Assembly (NCBI GenBank): GCA_032718475.1
Contig: JAUCBJ010001168.1
Span: 40,511-104,510, forward strand
DNA: 64,000 bases
Direction: 5' to 3'
Source: Nemertoderma westbladi
Lineage: Eukaryota; Animalia; Xenacoelomorpha
The notes under the pieces: generated by a model
Databases searched by the model: none
Told to the model about the DNA's origin: nothing
Seen by the model: the letters and a program-made list of their open reading frames with translations, nothing else
Shown here: positions 61,301 through 64,000 of the stretch, in pieces
Numbering within the stretch: the stretch's first letter is position 1
How the letters are laid out: each line of letters begins with the position of its first letter
Program-made: the position numbers and the translations under genes

Positions 61301-64000
61301 GTGGGCCAAACCTGCAGCGCATTATTGATCTCATCTGCTAATTTTAATAAACCAGCACTATCTGTCGCTGGATTACCACTTGTTAACTCATCTGCTATAG
61401 ATCTAGCCATTTTAGTGCTCCCACCATAGACCTTTGTTAATCTATCGTAAGCAAGTTGAAATGCCCTAGGATTGCCTGTGTAGGTGTCTGCTAAAATACG
61501 TGGTTCTTTGTCAAGTAACTGGAACAAATAATTAAACTTTTCTGTTGGAGTAAAGTCTTGTGCCGCTATTTGTGTCTCCACATAGTTACTAAAAGTACGC
61601 CAATACTTTGCATTACCAGTAAATCTTGGTGGTTTCTGTGGCGGCAATCCTTGCCTTGCAGCAAAGCGCGCTATTTCCTCAGCAATATCTGGTTTGACCT
61701 TACAAGCTACCATTGGCTCAGTTTGTACTGGTTCTAAGTCTACAGTTTGTCTCGTGTGACTTAGTCGATTTCTCGAAATATTCCCCAGTTTACTAGGCCT
61801 CTTTTCTACCTTGGTTATGCTGTCCTCACTGTCTGTCCTGAAGTTATTGTCAATAAATATCACCTTAGGATTAGTCGGCATATAATCTCCTTCTTGATCT
61901 ACATTATCATATTCATTGTACTCAGCATTCGCATTTCGCCGAGCTGCTATCCGTTGTCGTTCTATTCGTTCTTCAGATCGAGTAACTCGATCGTCAACAC
62001 GCTGTATAGCTCCTTGAACTTCTCTTACAATCCTCATTACAGGCTCGTTACCCTTCGCAATCGCTTCCTGTACTAATTGTCCAATGGGAAACTTTGGTTC
62101 TATAGGTGTATCGGGATTTGGTTGAATATGACTAACATCTCTCGGGTATAACTCCCCAGATGCATAATGTTCCCCCTCCTCCTTTGTTATAAAGTTTTCT
62201 ATTGAATGTGTGGCTCGCTCCGCTCCCATAGGGAACAATGGCACTCTAACACTAGTTTCCCTTTCTTCCGGGTTCACTGGAGTTGACTTCATCTTATTGG
62301 CTATGTTTGGTTGTTCCGTATTTAGACCTATTCGATTTCCTCTTAATTTAATGTTATTTCTTAATTTGATGTCATCATGTCTTTTCTGATAATCTTGAAG
62401 TGCTATCTCCGCTGGATCAGTAATTTGAGCACCCTTGGCCATCATATCGTGAAAATGAGTCTTAAATGACGTCATCATATGTTGGTCAGCCGTAGTGTCT
62501 CCAGAGTTTCTCCCAGTATTAAATCTAATGACTGAAGATTCAAACTTATCGAATCCTTTTATAAAAGACTGTGCCCTTTCTAGTCCCTTTGAGGTTTCCA
62601 AATCTTCTTTCTCTGAAATTATACGTCTTTGAACATCAGCAATAGCGTCTTGCTTACGCTGATATTCTAAAATTTGATGTCTTCTTTGCTGTTCTAGAAC
62701 CATGGTCGCCTTTCGCGCTTCTAAATGTTCGCGCTTATTTGCAATTAGCTTCTCCCGCTCTGCTTGCCTTAATTTATCTGCATTCCGATCTCGCTCATCA
62801 TCTGCAGCTCGTTTTACTCTTAAACGCTCCAGCTCCAATAAATAAGCATCTTGAATGCGTTTGGTGACACGTTCCCGTTCAGCCCGTTCATCTTCGCGCT
62901 TTAAGCGCGCAATTTCTTCTTCTCGTTCTAATCGCTTCTCATTTGCTTCGCGATCTCGACGGACAGTTTCTAACTCTGCTTCTATACGCAAGCGCTCCAG
63001 TTCTGCTACACGTTCACGCTCAATCCGATTTGTATTCGTTTCAGCAGTCTGTTGGTTTATTTCCTCCAAGTTCATCTGTTGCATATCTCGGGTTAAGTTT
63101 AACACCTCTTCTACTTCTTCTGATAACTGTTGATCTGCTAATTGGGAACGATCTGCTTCCTTCTGCTCAGCAATGAGCCTAGCCTGCTCACACTCCAACC
63201 TACGCAATTGTGCTATTTGAGATGATGCCATAGATATCTCGCTTCCTGCTACAAATCGAGCTCTTCTTGAGTTAACAGGTCTTTGTCTGCTTTCTTCAGA
63301 CTTCCTTCTCCAAATATTTCCTTCAGATACGGCTGCTACTTGCATATTTGCAGTGGTTGGTAATGGTAGTCCGGGAATAACTACCCCCTTAATTAATAAA
63401 TACCGCTCCAATGATTCAATAAAGACTCGTCTCCATTCTCCTAACTCTCCTTCTTCGTCTCTAATTTCAATCTGCGATGCGGATTCACCAATCAATTCAT
63501 CCTTCAACTTAGATCTATGTATATCAAACAGTGCAGATACACGCAGATAATTTACCCGAACATTTCGCAATTTATCAAATAGCATTGTAAGATTCCTAGA
63601 ATCTTGAAGTGACTCTGCCTCATCTACAAGTTCTCGAAGTTTACTACTCTGAACCATGAGGGTTTGATTGTATTTGTTTTGAAGAGAAATCAATTTACTT
63701 CGACTATAGGATCCACTTTCTAACAATTTTAATAACTGATTTGTGGCGCGTGTAATTTCCGCCATATGTCCTCCTGCACTCTTTGCAAATGTAGTAACAC
63801 GTAGTGACACATCTCCCCTATCACTTAAAACTTCCGGAATTTCTTCGTTGCTCTGCATATATACTACACTAACTCTATCTGCACCATCAACTGGCGTCTC
63901 AGTCGCTACTACTGTCCCTACATTAGGTGTTGTTGGTCCAGCTTCGTCAGAGGTGGCATAAGGTGTTGTTCCGCCATTTTCTGGTGGGCTAGTATCGTCT
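52321..64000 (-). mobile_element. BEL/Pao LTR retrotransposon C (runs off the window; probable 3' LTR 52321-53861)
   Basis: The RTE match stops at TGT (52321; ...ACA on minus). PPT-like AGGAGCGG (minus) at 53862-53869. Intact polyprotein upstream. Confidence 0.88.
55636..64000 (-). CDS. pol: Uninterrupted BEL/Pao gag-pol polyprotein of C (>2740 aa; frame stays open to the window edge)
   Basis: PPRFTG gag core, three zinc knuckles, LMDPASS protease, FYMDD, HCFSDASE, NPADMASRG, HMKLKH...CITC, GLDCFGP, SDKGSNF, GGSWERLIR. No stop between 63859 and 64000 in this frame. Confidence 0.95.
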   Translation of the reverse strand, partial: DDTSPPENGGTTPYATSDEAGPTTPNVGTVVATETPVDGADRVSVVYMQSNEEIPEVLSDRGDVSLRVTTFAKSAGGHMAEITRATNQLLKLLESGSYSRSKLISLQNKYNQTLMVQSSKLRELVDEAESLQDSRNLTMLFDKLRNVRVNYLRVSALFDIHRSKLKDELIGESASQIEIRDEEGELGEWRRVFIESLERYLLIKGVVIPGLPLPTTANMQVAAVSEGNIWRRKSEESRQRPVNSRRARFVAGSEISMASSQIAQLRRLECEQARLIAEQKEADRSQLADQQLSEEVEEVLNLTRDMQQMNLEEINQQTAETNTNRIERERVAELERLRIEAELETVRRDREANEKRLEREEEIARLKREDERAERERVTKRIQDAYLLELERLRVKRAADDERDRNADKLRQAEREKLIANKREHLEARKATMVLEQQRRHQILEYQRKQDAIADVQRRIISEKEDLETSKGLERAQSFIKGFDKFESSVIRFNTGRNSGDTTADQHMMTSFKTHFHDMMAKGAQITDPAEIALQDYQKRHDDIKLRNNIKLRGNRIGLNTEQPNIANKMKSTPVNPEERETSVRVPLFPMGAERATHSIENFITKEEGEHYASGELYPRDVSHIQPNPDTPIEPKFPIGQLVQEAIAKGNEPVMRIVREVQGAIQRVDDRVTRSEERIERQRIAARRNANAEYNEYDNVDQEGDYMPTNPKVIFIDNNFRTDSEDSITKVEKRPSKLGNISRNRLSHTRQTVDLEPVQTEPMVACKVKPDIAEEIARFAARQGLPPQKPPRFTGNAKYWRTFSNYVETQIAAQDFTPTEKFNYLFQLLDKEPRILADTYTGNPRAFQLAYDRLTKVYGGSTKMARSIADELTSGNPATDSAGLLKLADEINNALQVWPTLGCESYGERPDILKEVVKRLSIRHRQKWRKLESKIEDRGEKVSLKHIYDIIKIEAESELRSNYSEEYLHRDQKVSVLKSKVAFSAEQPRTYNSLGSTRDDTLKVAAPIGSIPAQSQTLSADFRGCQYCHQQFQKYNDHKLGNCNLFCKLDVEKRRLAIRSLDACWKCLGAGHKRRACTASATTKGCPDCGRLHHRLLHTRQHTPTKQYLAEHPNYKIITSTEPNRNVTFTGIGPDEYDNQSGSSCEEGYLGVPSDVGTGVSECDTTHNATFLTRAQTSSFSVVPIRISGELGSKRIYCLMDPASSHSYVDEEIASVVTNIRNARSDMMDIGSLHGRKLVSIKHVTLTLDSLLPRQHHSARELNYLPLQDVQFAAIRDFTQLLGSVSLPNKFEREYISQLDIPECRVNYRNIAMIIGTDIFTAHQVWETRPVEFMPGEPYANRTILGWYTRFPNKWSSYNNDVAMCNMLPSKEVGILVTDTKSEVSEPSDLESEFCISEISSTDSRKMDGIFRFNYPEQYHDVDFTADQNKPISIEPGSSEYVETTSFFANCNVLTRQNALKCIDSNQIEEEALREAYDLIEIDRQMDLKTLNWLEQDAVEPNSYDLSMSANERRSLDIMDKTLKKLPNGHFEVGMLWRNERPKLKNNYSLALKRLKSVRQRLLRNETVHQQYRTQINKYLENGYARKMEHPEITTDQTYYLPHHYVTHPEKPGQVRVVNDCSLLYLGQSLNTELMDGPNQNNSLIGILMRFRQNTVAFTCDVEAMFHQVQALECDRDSLRFLWYPNEDLSGDPVIYQMLVRIFGARDSPNGCLYVMKQCAKKQIGNFNYAVILAVIRDFYMDDGLVSCDSVDNGIEIAHGLQKCLATGGFRLTKFKSNSPELLASFPVEDRGSGPIELGSDPIPVAKVLGLVWDPNTDNFQVRVRTLSQNKMLTKRICLSTMSRLFDPLCFISPVVLQARIYLRKIWMSGVQWDEPIDSNVAIEWRKWEDQLPELRNLNIPRVYFPRQATFPSTLELHCFSDASENGLGMVAYIRREVNPGVFETSFVNSRAKTRPTKYMNNPRAELQAATISVGVARTIKRELDTNLKTFFWTDATLVLIYINRDDVQFKTFITNRTAEILDSSLKEDWRHCPGNINPADMASRGMMPRDFVQSDVREFWLHGPVFLSRPIDYWPRIFDCQSGTLPNDAEIKVEKITKSKAKASADFLSRETGIVTKKETVVDLEMDNILDKGLEQSCFMQTTPNDLWRGRLRNRPLMDNDLPSVIIDLNNSVQLTPNVPTATPVDLNIHIDDPSRNIEPTEININTIDKKKLNFDGGQPLEVNPNVDLVSKHQKNKDESGILEPDKSKVIPRPIDLPADTKRWVYDQIINPTSSWTDACRKMAWLRRYVIFLADRQAYLSKHKTFVKRLSIEEVDRSELDIIKHFQQREFSREYQLIASRRPVTSSPLTKWSPTIHRGLICHKSRLQAADLRTDYLYPIIIPHHLELQSSMILDAHMKLKHSGRSHCLSQVRQRFVLLKPNNALKSVLDHCITCKKLQARVGKQEMSDLPLARVQSHQPPFTHTGLDCFGPIETKRGRSMIKRWGVIFICMASRAIHIERVADMSTNSFILALRRFIGRRGLVKAFYSDKGSNFVGGNNEINRSLNKIDNEQIEKELLPRRIAWRFNPPDSPWRGGSWERLIRSIKLAMHKTIPENKTLNDDELVTLFIEIEAILNSRPIALVTDKNDNVIALTPNHVLMQAPANLVPISIPEDDDIYCRKSWKITQLLADTFWNCWRKYYLPTISARSKWYHNTRNLCKGDYVLLAEANLKRRHWVTGVVVKTHPAADGSVMTVSVRTLDQHVIIRPVQQLVLLETSRDETGDYKVLKRSHGKKQTVYKVGTIL

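Overview
Eukaryotic (animal-type) repeat-dense window with no prokaryotic features. At the left end are two exons of a secreted EGF + G2F (nidogen/hemicentin-type) gene (1867-2628, 4882-5044). The remaining ~59 kb show no further host exons that I can recognise and may be one giant intron. That stretch contains RTE- and CR1-like LINE fragments, a ~9 kb 28-bp satellite with higher-order duplications, and four BEL/Pao LTR retrotransposons: A (19861-31972; complete, near-identical LTRs, TATTA TSD, non-autonomous), D (32038-37089; truncated), B (37085-52109; near full length, frameshift plus premature stop) and C (52321->64000; minus strand, uninterrupted polyprotein). The most notable observation is that A and B have no tRNA-type primer-binding site. 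Instead, the 11 nt directly after the 5' LTR are the exact reverse complement of an 11-mer at a homologous position inside each element's own LTR, with three compensatory changes between A and B. This suggests Tf1-like self-primed reverse transcription in BEL/Pao elements. A and B also carry a structured, hyper-conserved 3' non-coding region and an accessory ORF region after pol (triple zinc knuckle plus basic tail in A). All alignments and counts were done by eye.
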